A stretch of DNA of 64,000 nucleotides from Octopus sinensis (lineage: Eukaryota). Shown in pieces: positions 39,085 to 52,874 of the stretch (its first letter is position 1; every line of letters begins with the position of its first letter). The position numbers and the translations under genes were made by a program. The notes beneath the pieces were generated by a model. The model was not told the DNA's origin and made no database searches. It saw nothing but the letters and a program-made list of their open reading frames with translations. The DNA lies in assembly GCF_006345805.1 (NCBI RefSeq), contig NC_043010.1:13268001-13332000 (forward strand), in the 5' to 3' direction.

Positions 39085-39251
39085 TACAGTATTTAAATTA
39101 TTTACATTCGACAGATATTTGTCCTCATCTTGTTTGTTGTTAACACGTTTCAACTGATATACCTCCAGCCTTCATCAGGTGTCTTGGGGAAATTTTGAAC
39201 CTGGGTTCTCATTCCTAAGGTATTTTTCAATGTTATTGTTATTATTATTAC

Positions 39252-39288
<37 letters not shown>

Positions 39289-39651
39289 GTTCAGGTTACT
39301 GCTTGGAATCAAACTTGGAATCTTGGGGTTAGTAGCCCACGCTGTTAAGTACTACACCATATGCCCGTGGGCATAGTGGTTAAGAGCACAGGCTACTAAC
39401 CCCAAGATACCAAGTTCGATTCCAATCAGTGACCTGAACAATAATCATAATAATAATAATAATAACATTGAAAAAATACCTTAGGAATGAGAACCCAAGT
39501 TCAAAATTTCCGCAAGACACCTGAAGGAGGCTGGAGGGTATATCAGCCGAACTGATGTGTTAACAACAAACAAGATGAGAACAAATATCCATTGAATGTA
39601 AATAATGTAAATAATGTACATAATTCCTCATCTCTTAAATATAGAACTGTA
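39085..39651. mobile_element. Head-to-head inverted dimer of the tRNA/hammerhead SINE-like element
   Basis: Centre ATGCCC-GT-GGGCAT (39361-39374). The left copy is on the minus strand (HHR relic 39142-39183) and the right copy on the plus strand (HHR relic 39516-39561). Confidence 0.8.
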
Positions 39652-41863
39652 ATACATATATACATACATACATGCAAACATACAGGCATACAAACATACA
39701 TACAAACATGCATACATACATCTCTCAGTGGAATAGTATGTGAGCAGTGTAAATACTGGTGTGTGTATAAATACATATATATACATCAAGTTTTTCTATG
39801 CAACATCTTTGAACAGATATGTCAATACACATATCTCTACATAAATGTCCTTGTAAACATGTCTCAATACTCATATATTTATACACACACACATGTGCAC
39901 ACATAAACAAACACACACACACACATATACAAATTCATTATAAAGAGAAGTGCATGTAGAGGTATGACTATTTTTACAGATATATGCATACAGACAAGTA
40001 AGGATACAAGCATGTTTATTAAGACATGTCTATGTAGGGGTATGTATATGTATGTAGAGAATTTCTGCCTGGCCAGCTCCTGCCAAACCATCCAACCAAT
40101 GCCAGCATGGAAGGTGGACATTAAACAATGATGAGGATGATGATAATGAATTCTTGGAAATGACTCAGATTGTAAGTGGAGGCACATGGCCTAGTGGTTA
40201 GAGCAGCAGACTTGCAGTCGAGGGATCATGGATTCAAATCTCAGACCAGGCAATTTGTGTGTTTATGAGCAAAACACCTAAGCTCCACGCAGCTCCGGCA
40301 GAAGGTAATGGTGAACCTCTGCTGACTCTTTCATCACACCTTTTTCTCACTCTTTCCTCCTGCTTCTTGCAGCTCACCTGTGATGGACCAGCGTCCTGTC
40401 CAGGTGGGGAACCTATACGCCAAGGAAACCGGGAAACCGGCCCTTATGAGCCAGGCATGGCTTGAGAAGGAACAAAAACTCAGATTGTAAAATGCTAGTC
40501 TAAATGGTTTGCTTCTCTCAGTTCATAGCTGTAAAGTAGTTGACAATAGGAAGAGCATCCATCTCCCTTCCACATTAATCTGAAACTATCCAAATACTCA
40601 GTCACATATTGGTTTGACCATTACTGAATTTCTCTGGTTATTGATGCAGTTTGAGAAATGCACTACAGAATGCAAACGTGGCACCAAAAAAAAATGGTAA
40701 GATTTGATATCTTTTTATCTATTATCTTTTATTTGTTTCAGTCATTGGACTGCAGCCATGCTGGAGAACAACCTTGAAGGGTTTAGTCAAATGATCAACC
40801 CCCAATACTAATTTTGTTAAGTCTGGTACTTATTCTATCGGTCTCTTTTTCCAAAACCACTAAGCTATAAGGATGCAAACAAACCAACACCTGTTGCCAA
40901 GCAGTGGTAGTGTACATGCAGAAAGACACACACATGGTGACACACAGACACACACACACACACACACACATACAGATATATGTATATATATTTATATATA
41001 CGTGTGGATGATGGGTTGCCACCCAGTTTCTGTCAACAAAATTCACTCACAGAGATTTTTAGTACAAGACACTCGCTCAAAGTGCTGTGCAGTAGGGCTG
41101 AACCTAAAATTATGTGGTTGCAAAGCAAGCTCCTTAACCACTCAACCATGCCCAACACTAAATAATAATAATCTGACCTTCTCCATAAAGATCTCTAACT
41201 TCTACGCTGAAATCTTAATGAAGACTGACAAATGACTTATGAACATTAAAATATACATAATTAATTGTATAATAAACTATTACCTTTCTATATCCACTCT
41301 ACATGAAACTTGAATTCCTATACATCTGTCACAGAAATATGACCATCATAAAATACCATATTAAATATACATGCAAAGAACTATATATACCTATTCCTTT
41401 ATTACTCACAAGGGGTTAAACATAGAGGGGACAAACAAGGACAGATATAGGTATTAAGTCGATTATATCGACCCCAGTGCATAACTGGTGCTCAATTTAT
41501 CGACCCCGAAAGGATGAAAGGCAAAGTCGGCCTTGGCGGAATTTGAACTCAGAACATAGCGGCAGACGAAAGAAATACCTATTTCTTTATTACCCACAAG
41601 GGGTTAAACATAGAGGGGACAAACAAGGACAGACATAGGTATTAAGTCGATTATATGGACCCCAGTGCGTAACTGGTGCTCAATTTTTTGACCCCGAAAG
41701 GATGAAAGGCAAAGTCGGCCTCAGCAGAATTTGAACTCAGAACGTAGCGGCAAACGAAATACCGCTAAGCGTTTCGCTCGGCATGCTAACGATTCTGCCA
41801 GCTCATGCATGCATATATTTCTGAGATACAGATCATGATAATTATAATCATAATAATGATAAT

Positions 41864-42600
41864 AACAAGAGTACTCAGGGAGTGGAAACCTCTGCCAAAT
41901 CAACACCAACATCCTCTCAACGATTAGCCAGAGATGATTTTTAAAATGGGAATATCTGAAATAAACTTGACCGCTCTCACAAACAAAAATACTAAAAACG
42001 AACCCAAATGCTCTAAAAAAATTAAGTAAATAAACAGGAAAAATAATCCAGAATTTTTGTCTGGTACTAGATCATTCCCAAACTCTAAATAGTTCATGCC
42101 AGTCATGAGGCCAAACATCCCTGAAAGTTCCATCTGAATCCATCCAGTGGTTCTTGAGATATCTTGTCCATGGACAAACAAAACAAACTAACGAACAAGA
42201 ACACTACGCCATCTGCCCATGGGCATATGGCATAGTGGTTAAGAGCACAGGCTACTAACCCAAAGATTCTGAGTTCGATTCCTAGCAGTGACCTGAACAC
42301 TAACAATAATAATGATAATAATAATAATAATAATAATAATAATATAATAATTATAATAATAATAATAACATTGAAAAATACCTTAGGAATGAGAACCCAG
42401 GTTCGAAATTTCCCCAAGACACCTGAAGAAGGCTGGAGGGTATATCAGCCGAAATGTTGTGTTAACAACAAACAAGATGAGGACAAATATCCGTCGAATG
42501 TAAATAATGTAAATAATTCCTCATCTCTTAAATATAGAACTGAAACAAGAAAACACAACTGAAAACAATACCTCCACCTTCACTAAGGCGGAGGTAATAA
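41864..42600 (+). mobile_element. Helentron/HINE-like non-autonomous element carrying a nested HHR-SINE
   Basis: Starts AACAAGAGTACTCAG..ACCTCTGCCAA and ends in the hairpin TACCTCCACCTT..AAGGCGGAGGTA-ATAA, with the subterminal CCTC(T/C)GCC motif at both ends; A/T-rich flanks. The family assignment is inferred. Confidence 0.55.
42202..42542 (+). mobile_element. tRNA-headed SINE-like element with (AAT)n and a 3' minimal hammerhead
   Basis: A-box TGGCATAGTGG and B-box GAGTTCGATTCC (42228-42283); (AAT)n; HHR GACAC-CTGAAGA-A-GGCTG..CAGCC-GAAAT-GTT-GTGTT (42418-42463); 17-bp inverted copy of the head at 42202-42218. Confidence 0.75.
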
Positions 42601-42654
42601 TAACAACAACAACAATAATAATGACAATGATAATGATAATAATAATAATAATTG

Positions 42655-43175
42655 ATGCAGTACCAGGCAGTGGCTCTCATGGTTTCTGATCTTAACTGAT
42701 TGGAATTGTTATCGTGTACATTGTTTTGTCTTGGTATAATAGATGGGCTACAGCAAATATTCTGCTCAATACCACAGATTTGCTTGTCAATTGTTTGACC
42801 TTAACCAGTTGAGCATGTCCCTTAGTGGCTGACGACATGTGCATCTCTGATCACGAGCAGAAGTAGTGAGGGAGCATCATAGCCACGTGTTGAGAGGGAT
42901 TCTTTGGGGTTTGAATAATAAACATCAGGAAACAAGGGTGTTTCATTCAACATTCTTATTCAGGGACCAGAAGAAACTCCTAACTGGGCCCCACCTGCAA
43001 AGTCATGTGCTGTTTATCTTGATATGAGATCACCATGTCGCGCACATATGGTTGTAATGCATGTGCCTGGTGTACCTTATCAGACAGGTAGTCATGATGG
43101 GTATACTAAGTTTTGTATATTTTACCCCAGTGTCACTTTGATGGCATGCACTGCTCTCTCACTCAATAATAATAA
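42655..43175 (+). repeat. Dispersed repeat, probably a LINE 3'UTR, ending in (AAT)n; 3' part repeated at ~43550-43710
   Basis: GATATGAGATCACCATGTCGC...GTGCCTGGTGTACC...CCCCAGTGTCACTTTG occurs twice. Confidence 0.6.
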
Positions 43176-43918
43176 TGATGATGATGATACACACTATCCC
43201 AAAAAGAGCCCTGCTAGGAATAGCCCACATCCTATGCAAGACACAATCAAATCAATAAAATGCAACCCACAAACACCAGACACACTCTAAACAGCAATTA
43301 TCCAGTGAAATAAACTGCCATTATCACCCACACTCAACACACAAAACAAGTAGTAACACAACAAAAACCTCAAGTAAAAAAAGAAAAAAAAAGCTAACAA
43401 TGCAATACTGGGAAGAGTTTACACACTCCCAACAACAGAAAAAAAAACACATAATGCTGCACCCCCACCCCACCCCCCAGCAACATGAAGGTGCAGCAGG
43501 TGAGGCAGTAGAAATGTTGAACAGTTATATAATGATAATGATAATAATCTTGGTATGAGATCATCATGTCGCTCATATACGCTTGTGATGATGCATGTGC
43601 CTGGTGTACCCTTTTCAGACGGGTAGAAGACATGATGGGTATTTTGGGCTGTGTATATTTGTACCCCAGTGTCACTTTTGTATGCTACACTCTTACTGAA
43701 TAATAGTAATAGTAATAATAATAACGATGATGATGATGATGATGATAATAATAGTTTCAAATTTGGGGCAAAAGACCAGTAATTTTGGAGGACATTTTCA
43801 TGCAAAAGCATACACACACACATACACATGCATACACACACACAAACACACACGCGCGCGCATGTACACACACAAACACACACACACACGCATGCACACA
43901 CACACACACACATATATA

Positions 43919-44288
43919 CAAGCAGAATGCCCCCCACCCCGTCCAATGGACAGTGCTGAGTTGTCAAACATTTAAACCAAATTTTCTCAAAACAACTTGT
44001 CCAACAGTCCCATAGGCCTCCCCTTTGAGAAATACTGATTTAACTTAAATTTGAGACACCAGCAAAAGACGGATTTCGATTGATGTACTTGCACGTACAA
44101 ATGCACGTTCCCACGGCTTTATCGATCGCATTCTCACCTGGGATCGATTTTTGTAATTTTTTCAAGACTTATACACGCCCTGATACCGTTGTTATCTACA
44201 TATCAAATTTGAGCACAATCGGATGGAGGATGCCCGAGATCCTAGAAGACACACACACAGACAGACAGAACGGATTTTATATAATAGA
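43919..44288 (-). mobile_element. Non-autonomous Helitron-like element, short variant
   Basis: Minus strand starts A|TCTATTATATAAAATCCG at 44288 and ends with the GTCCATTGGAC hairpin and CTTG|T (decayed CTAG) at 43919. Confidence 0.75.
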
Positions 44289-45296
44289 TATATCTATAAG
44301 TCAATTATGAAACGTAAAAATATGTACAAACCATTTATTGAAATAGACACAAGCTAATAAATATTTCAAAATGTTAGTTCATGTTACATCCTATTTTCAA
44401 GTTGTCATATGTCTTGAAACCAATTATTGACAAAAGTTGAGGTATACTTGTGTATATATATAGTGGAAACTTATAGAAAAACAAAGGCTGAAGACAGGTG
44501 AAGGAACAACAAGCAGGTGTATTAGTTTGATGTTCAGAAAAATGGGAAAGTCTTTTATGTTTCGAGCCTATGCTCTTCAACAGAAAGGAATAAGAGAAAA
44601 TAAACAGAGAGAATGAAAAGAAACTTGTAGATTTAGCGGGCAAGCATGGCGAACAATTAGAAAAAGTTTAAAAGAGGTTGAAAGAAAGGGAGATAATAAA
44701 GTGCTGGTGATCCCAAACGAAGGTGTGTGTGTATGTAAGAATGGTGTGTGTGAATATGTAAGTAAGTCTGTGAGAATAGGGGCTAGTAACTCTGATGTGC
44801 TCAGACGGAAGAATTGGGAATAGGGAATGGAGAGCTTAATGTGGGTAGGGTGGGAGGAGAAGAAGTTAAGGCAGGAGTGTGAGTCAGTGTGTTTGTAGTG
44901 GATGGAGGTAGTGAGAGCAGAATGGTGTACACTGACAGAAATATTGAGAAATTTGGCAGGGACTCTCCCATCGGTTTTGATGCACAAGGATCTGACCACA
45001 AACACTTTTTTTTAGTCAGTCATAATGCTTATGTCAACTGTGACATCCGAGTCCAGCCAATGATTTGCAAAGAACTCTGCAGAAGTTGCAAGTATGAAGA
45101 TTACAGGTCAGTACAAGCGGCACATGTATATATATCATATATTTGTATACATATATATATATATATTATATATATACCACCGTGATCACCGTGACCGACC
45201 AGGCTATCAGATGTTGCTACACATCGCTGGTCACAATGCGCTTTGCATTGTTTTAGCCTTCAAATGGCACCACCCCGCTGGCTAAGCGAACAGGCC

Positions 45297-45330
<34 letters not shown>

Positions 45331-45398
45331 CACACACACATGTATACATACATATATACATACATATACATACATACATACATACATACATACATACA

Positions 45399-45430
<32 letters not shown>

Positions 45431-45879
45431 CATATACATACATTACACACATATTAAATATTTAGTAACTGAAGTTACATCATCCACACCATGCTGTCAA
45501 ACTGGTGAACTGGTATGTCCAGGTATTCAAGATACAGTGACTATCAGCAATCTTATACAACAGATAAGAGTACCAGGCTTGTATTCTTACATTCCAAATG
45601 TGTTTTATGACAGTTGACAGATATTGTCCAACTGGGAACTGATAAATATCAGCAGAATGAGAAATTCAGAAGGGCTGGATGTGATAACCTTTATTAGCTC
45701 CTGCTCCCAACTCCAACAAAAATGCAAAACGGAAGAGATATTATCTACAAACTGTGCTCGTGTAACACAGTTACGTGATTGCAAGAAGTTAGATATGAGG
45801 CATATTTCATTTAAAAGTTTCAAGATGTCGTAGTCTACAAAATACAATTTTGATACAAATTCTAGCACGTATATATTTA

Positions 45880-45910
<31 letters not shown>

Positions 45911-46076
45911 GCATGTGTGATATATATGCCTGTATATATACATGTGTGTATATATATATATGTATGTATACATATACATATATATGCATGTATGTACATT
46001 ATATATATATATACATACATATATATATATATTTTTATGCATATATATATATTTTTATATATATATAATAATAATA

Positions 46077-46124
<48 letters not shown>

Positions 46125-46191
46125 TGAGGGAACATTAATCTTAACTTTCAAGGAAAAAATTCAATTTAGAAATACTAAATCAAATTTCACA

Positions 46192-46240
<49 letters not shown>

Positions 46241-46754
46241 TTGAAAAAAAAACACCATTTATCAATTCAAAATGAACAATTAAATTACACCCTCTAGAAA
46301 ATTACATATAATAGAAATATTAAAATTAAAATAACAATAAAATACTGATGATTAAGTAAATAGCAAAAAAAAATAATAAAAACGTATATAATTGGTAGAA
46401 TAACGACACGTGCATGGACACTGTCCATATATATATATATATATGCTTATATAAAAATGAATAACAGAGTCAAGAAAGAGGAGTACATTCATACAGCCAT
46501 TTAATAAACACTACATATGTTTCGATACAACATAGATCAACATATATACAGGATTTAAATTTAAATTAAGCAACAGTTAATTGGAGCCTGGTGCAACCTA
46601 CTAGCTTGTCAGTCTTCAGTCAAACCATCTGACCCATGACAGCATGGAAAGTGGGCGTTAAACATTGATGATGATGATGATGATGATAATGATGACATTA
46701 TATATATACATACATACAGGCATACATTCATGCATACATACATACATACATACA

Positions 46755-46786
<32 letters not shown>

Positions 46787-48215
46787 CAGTAACAATTATC
46801 TCTATGAAAAGAGTACTCAATACAATGTAGAATTATTAATAGTTATATTATATAAATACAGTATAAAATGGAAACTGTACTACTTCAGGGATTCGCTTCC
46901 TGAATTGCATAGAAATGCCCCTGGCATGCTAAGAATTCAGTAGGTGACTAGACAGAGCTCAAGATTTCAAATTCCAACCAACAAGTGAAAGATGGCCATT
47001 TGAATTTTGAATGATGAGCAGTGCTTGGGAGCCTCTGAATTCAAAGTATCTCCTGGACGTTGTTATGCATTTCAGGGAGTGAAACATAAAAGTAGCAAAT
47101 GACCAAATAAAGAGTAGAATAAAACTATTTGATAATCTTAATTTGAATGAAATTCTACAGTTAGATCATTATCCATTTGATTGCCTACATTGACATGAAA
47201 CTTCAAATCATATATATTGATATGAGATTTTGTGTTGAAACTAAATGTACTACATAATGGAAAATAAATTTAGTAACAAATAATGATATTCAGTTCACTT
47301 CAAATTTTAATTCATTTCAAGAAATTTCCGACTTTTTGTCACCCATTTGCGAGTAGGCCACTGATACAGCAACTGCACGAAATTTTATTATATACAGATG
47401 TAGGAATTTCTTTTCTTATTGTTGTATTTTGGAATGGTCATTTTGCCAGTTTATCCAATAAAAACACACGCACTATATATTTGGTGTCACTTTGCTGCAC
47501 CGTTATCCAATTTTTACATTAATCTTAATTTAGTTCTTTCGTCACACTCCTGTGACCTCATCAGTGGTCCTTTGCTTTCTTCTTTCGTATTTGTGTGTCT
47601 CTCCTTACTAACGGTCAGCCATTTTATATTTTGTATTCCTATTGTATGTGTCTTCATTTGCGCATGCGTATGCCTCTATGTGTGTCTATTTCTTTTCTGT
47701 TTTTCCTTTTTAATTTAGTTCTCATATCTCTTTTGCTCTAAAAGCACCAGTGCCTATTCATAAATCAGTGTTGAATAAACAAATGAAATAATTTTAAATG
47801 CTTCTTGATTTTGGATTGAATAAGTTGTATGTAGATATATAGAAGCATTGTCAATATCCCATATTTAATGTATGTGTGTTAGTAAACACTATAATACTGT
47901 TGTATTTTATCCAAGGGGAAATCCCTTCCAAGACTTATTGTGTTTAAAAACACAGCATAGCTCAAAATTAGGTGAAACAAAATCATCCCTGAAGTGAAAG
48001 AGAGTGACAGGTATTGCTATTTCACAGTCATTTCCACTGTTCAGTGCCACACACTTGTGCATTTCTGAAATAACTTATGCCTGTAAGACATATGGGTGCA
48101 AATAGTGTAAAATGTATTTGCTGGTGTACAAAAGCATTGCTCAAGGAAAATAAAATACAAATTTTGTGTTTGAAGCAACATAATAAGGTAAGCATCATCA
48201 ATATGACATACTTAA

Positions 48216-48436
48216 CCCTTTAGCATTTAAACCAGCCATATCCGGCCAAAAGTATTCTGCCTGTTTTATGTTCAAACTGGCCAGATCTGGTCTCTCACAC
48301 CAATCCTACAATATCATTTTAAAAATTAACAGCTACCTCATCAAAATCTCATAGCTACAAGATAATGCATGATTAGTTCAAAACAATGTGGATAAAAAAG
48401 GGTCAATTTTGGCAGAATAATATGAGCACTAAAGGG
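48216..48436. mobile_element. piggyBac-type MITE (221 bp), TTAA TSD
   Basis: TTAA|CCCTTTAG...CTAAAGGG|TTAA; same length as and highly similar to 31939-32159. Confidence 0.88.
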
Positions 48437-49891
48437 TTAATGTATGTGTGTAAGTAAAAACTACAAAACTGTAGTATTTCATTCAGGGCAGACTCTGTTA
48501 AAGACATATTATGTTGTGCAATGCTTTTACTCACCATTAAATAAATTTTACACTATTTGTATACTGATATGTGTCGTTTCGGAGATGGAGAAGTGTGTGA
48601 CATTGAAAAATGGAAATGAATATGAGATATTGATATCTGTCATTCTTTTACTCAGATGGGGCAATTTCATTTTACCTGCCTTCAAGGTATGCTGCAATAT
48701 TAAACATATGTCTTTAAAGGGGTCGCCCCTGGACAAAGATATCACACCTTTATAGTATATACAAACACACACACACACACATTAAGTATGTTGTATTGAT
48801 AATCTTTACTTTATTAAGCTGCTTAAAACACAAAATTTGAATTTCATATAAAATATATAATTTTTAAACAAGAATATTTTGACTGTAAACAAGAATATTT
48901 TGACAGTAAAACCTTTACTCACTTCCATAAATTCAAACATCAGGTACCTGTACAGCAACAAATCGACATTTATAAGGCCATCAAAAAAAAAATTAATCAG
49001 AAAGAACCAACTCAAAGATTGTCATGAGAGTACATAGAGGTACCTCAATCCATTTCTTTCTGGCATTCAAAATCAGTGAGCTGCAAATAACCAAAACAAA
49101 AGTAGTGTGTGTGATGTGTTTGAGAGGTGAGCATTGGATTTCTATGAACTTGAACCCCAAAACATGTGGCTACAAAGTGAGATTCTTAACCACACAACCA
49201 TGCCTGCATATAAATACCGAGGTTTAATATAACCATTGTGTCACATCCATTTTACACTAGAAATACTAACAAATGCTTGCAATGATTTGGAGACGTTGAC
49301 TGAATTATGAAGATATATAATGTCAGAGGTGAAGACGTTAGATAGAGAATGTTCAGATTTTGATATTCTTCTAAAAGACAAAGAATCCTACAGAATAATA
49401 CAAACAATAATCAACAATGGGTAAACAGGAACAAAATTTAACATCGTAAATACATCGTAGACCAAACCTGTTAAAAATTAAACAAACTACATATAAGTTG
49501 TATTACACGAATCTGATACACTTTTGCTACAAAGAAAAGAATTAACACATAATGACGATTTCCATTTCTCACTGCTACATTTTCTGTTTTAGCACAGCAC
49601 ATCCAAAAGAGACGTTATCTCTGGATAAATACCACAATAAATTGCTTTTCAGACAGAGAAACGATATATCTATCTATCTATATATATTTATATATGTATA
49701 TCTATCTATCTATATATATTTATATATGTATATCTATCTATCTATATATATTTATATATGTATATCTATCTATCTATCTATCTATCTATATATATATATA
49801 TATAATATATATATATATATGTATGTATATATAAATGTATTTATATATTATACATATATATATATACATATATATATGTAATATATGTATG

Positions 49892-49937
<46 letters not shown>

Positions 49938-51642
49938 TGTGTGTGTGTATGTATGTAGTAATATATATAATATAATATATTATAATATAATATAGCATAT
50001 ACATATTTATATATTTATATATATATATTGTTCCCATGTCTGAAGAATTCATTATAGGAAATTTCTTACATGTTTATCAAACATGTAAAACTTTGTAAGT
50101 CCTATTAGAAAATGAAACATGTGTAATGGTGAATAAATTATACCGAAAAAATTTCCAACAATGGAAAATAAATGCAAAAACATAGGCAAAGAAAAACCAA
50201 AATACAGACTTCTGGAAGATATGTGTGAATTTGTAGGTGGCCATATTGTTCTAATGACACATTTATCATAATGAAAGTTCCTGATTATGGACTTGGTGGT
50301 GCCTTGGGAAGCTGATGCATAGTATACACGTGAAAATCTATGAGGAGACACACGGCTTAGTGGTTATGATGTAAGACACATGCTCATAAGACATATGATT
50401 GTTAGGTTGTGGTTTTGATTCCTGGACCAGGTAACACTTCATTTCACATTGCTCAAGTCCACTCAGTAGACAGGAATGAATAATCCTGCAATGCCTGGAG
50501 TATAGTTCAAGGGAGAATACATATACCAGAGAAACTGGGAAACTGGACTATGATCCTTCAAGAATAATGTGGATTAACGATACGCATGAGAGGAAGTGCC
50601 CGAAATACGAGGAAGTCAGAGTCAAATGAGGTATGAAAATGGCAATGTACAGTATTTTCAGCAGAGCTTTGATGTCAGGTTTACAGGTAGATCCATAAGA
50701 TCTTACCTGGTTAGTAGTGGAATTGGGATGAATAACAGCAGGGATTTGCAAATGGTTGAAGTCACTGTCTTACTGTTTCAATCAGAGTATCAGATGTTAT
50801 ATACTGCAGGTCATGATGTTCTTCCTCATATTGTAGCTTTCAAATGATACTACCCTGCTGGATAGGCGGGCAGGCTGGCATTTTCCCTGAACAGAACATC
50901 AGCCTAATGCAGGGTTACCCATTTTTAGCTGAGTGGACTGGAGCCACATGTAGGATTTTTTTTTTCTCGGTAATACAACTCATCACCGGTCTGAAAATTG
51001 AAACTCTGATCTAGCAATCATGAGTGTTACATGCCTTTACATAGAAATATGCTTAGAGTATGAACAAAGCTGTGCAGTTAGAGCAGCACACTCATGGTCA
51101 AGGGATCACAGGTTCGAATCTGACTGGGTGATGTCTGTGTTTATGAACGAAACACTTAAGCTCCGTGCTGCTCCAGCAGAAGGTAATGGCGAACCTCTGC
51201 TGACTCTTTTGCCACAACTTTCTCTCACTCTTTCCTCCTGCATCTAGCAGCTCACCTGTGACAGACAGACGTCCCATCCAGGTGAGTAACCTAGACACCA
51301 ATGAAACCAGGAAACCAGACCTCATGGCTCGAGAAGGAACAAATAACAAGAACAAAGCTGAAAGTGTAAAGAATAGGTCCTCCGTAAGTAGTTAAATAAA
51401 ATAGTTGTTTGGTGGCCGTAACTGACCGACCCTGGTTTGTTGAGTGCAGAAAGTTATTACTGTACAGGTGAATCCTGCAATAGGCTTGGAGAAGCCATGG
51501 AAAGACATGAAAATACAAGACGATCCTTATACAAGATTATCTTTCAGTTTGCTACAGCAATGTAGCACTGAGTTCTGATTGCCCGCAGCTGTGTTTTATA
51601 GTCTTGTTACTGTTACAGCAATATGTTACCTGTGCATGTGTC

Positions 51643-51710
51643 ATAATCATCATCATCATTATCATCACCATCATCATTATCACCACCACCACCACCACCA
51701 CCACCACCAA

Positions 51711-51742
<32 letters not shown>

Positions 51743-51822
51743 TCACCAGCACCATCATCATCACCATCATCCTCATCATCATCATCATCATCACCATCAT
51801 CCTCATCATCGTCATCATCGTA
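51643..51822. repeat. Compound (CAT)n/(CAC)n trinucleotide microsatellite
   Basis: Direct reading; it generates the poly-His, poly-Met and poly-Asp pseudo-ORFs. Confidence 0.95.
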
Positions 51823-52252
51823 TTTTAATGCCATCTTTTCTATGCTTTCCTGATTCAGAGAATCTGTTGAGGTAGATTTTTTTTCTAGTCAGATGCCCTT
51901 CATGTCACCAATCCTCACCTGTTTCCAAGAAAAGGAATTTTTTTCCCCACAGCCAGAGATAATTTCCATGCAAGATTAGAAAGGATTAGAAACACTGCTT
52001 GAGCTATGAAGATACTCTCTCTCTCTCTCTTTCTCTTTTACTTGTTTCAGTCATGTGACTGTGGCCATGCTGGAACACCGCCTTTAGTCGAGCAAATCGA
52101 CCCCAGGACTTATTCTTTGTAAGCCTAGTACTTATTTTATCGGTCTCTTTTTGCCGAACCACTAAGTTACAGGGACGTAAACACACTAGCATCGGTTGTC
52201 AAGCGATGCTGGGGGGACAAACACAGACATACAAACATATACACACACATAC

Positions 52253-52337
<85 letters not shown>

Positions 52338-52554
52338 CATATATATATACGACGGGCTTCTTTCAGTTTCCATCCTACCAAATCCACTCACAAGGCTTTG
52401 GTCGGCCCGATGCTATAGCGGAAGACACTTACCCATGGTGCCACACAGTGGGACTGAACCCAGAACCATGTGGTTCGTAAGCAAGCTACTTACCACATTG
52501 CCACTCCTACTCGTTTACAACTATTGTGCAATGTTGTTAAGACAAGGAGACACA

Positions 52555-52600
<46 letters not shown>

Positions 52601-52874
52601 GAGCTTCTTTTAGTTTTCCTTTACTAATTCCACTGACAAGGCTTTGGTTTGCCCTTGGTCTGCAGTAGATGTCATGAGCCCAAAACGCCATGCAGTGGGC
52701 CTATGAGCCTAACCCAAATCTACACAACCATGCCTGCACCTAAATATATAAATGTAAATGTATATATGTATATACATGTGTATATGTATATGAGTGTGTG
52801 TGTGTGAGTGTGTACATAGATATATATGTATTTACATACATACATATATATGCATATATAGGGAGAGTATACGA

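Noticed and set aside
42221-42290. tRNA gene calls for SINE heads (also 9270, 24347, 33707 etc.)
   Set aside because: A/B boxes are present but there is no complete cloverleaf; each is fused to a repeated SINE body.
50036-50090. CATGT-CTGAAGA...GAAA...ACATG hammerhead-like string
   Set aside because: No stem II, and the stem III/cleavage triplet does not fit.
50701-50760. CAG|GTAAGA donor on the minus strand as a possible Pcdh 5' UTR exon
   Set aside because: No convincing acceptor or promoter upstream; cannot be distinguished from chance.
51552-51875. Poly-His, poly-Met and poly-Asp/Gly ORFs
   Set aside because: Translations of a CAT/CAC microsatellite with no splice or coding context.
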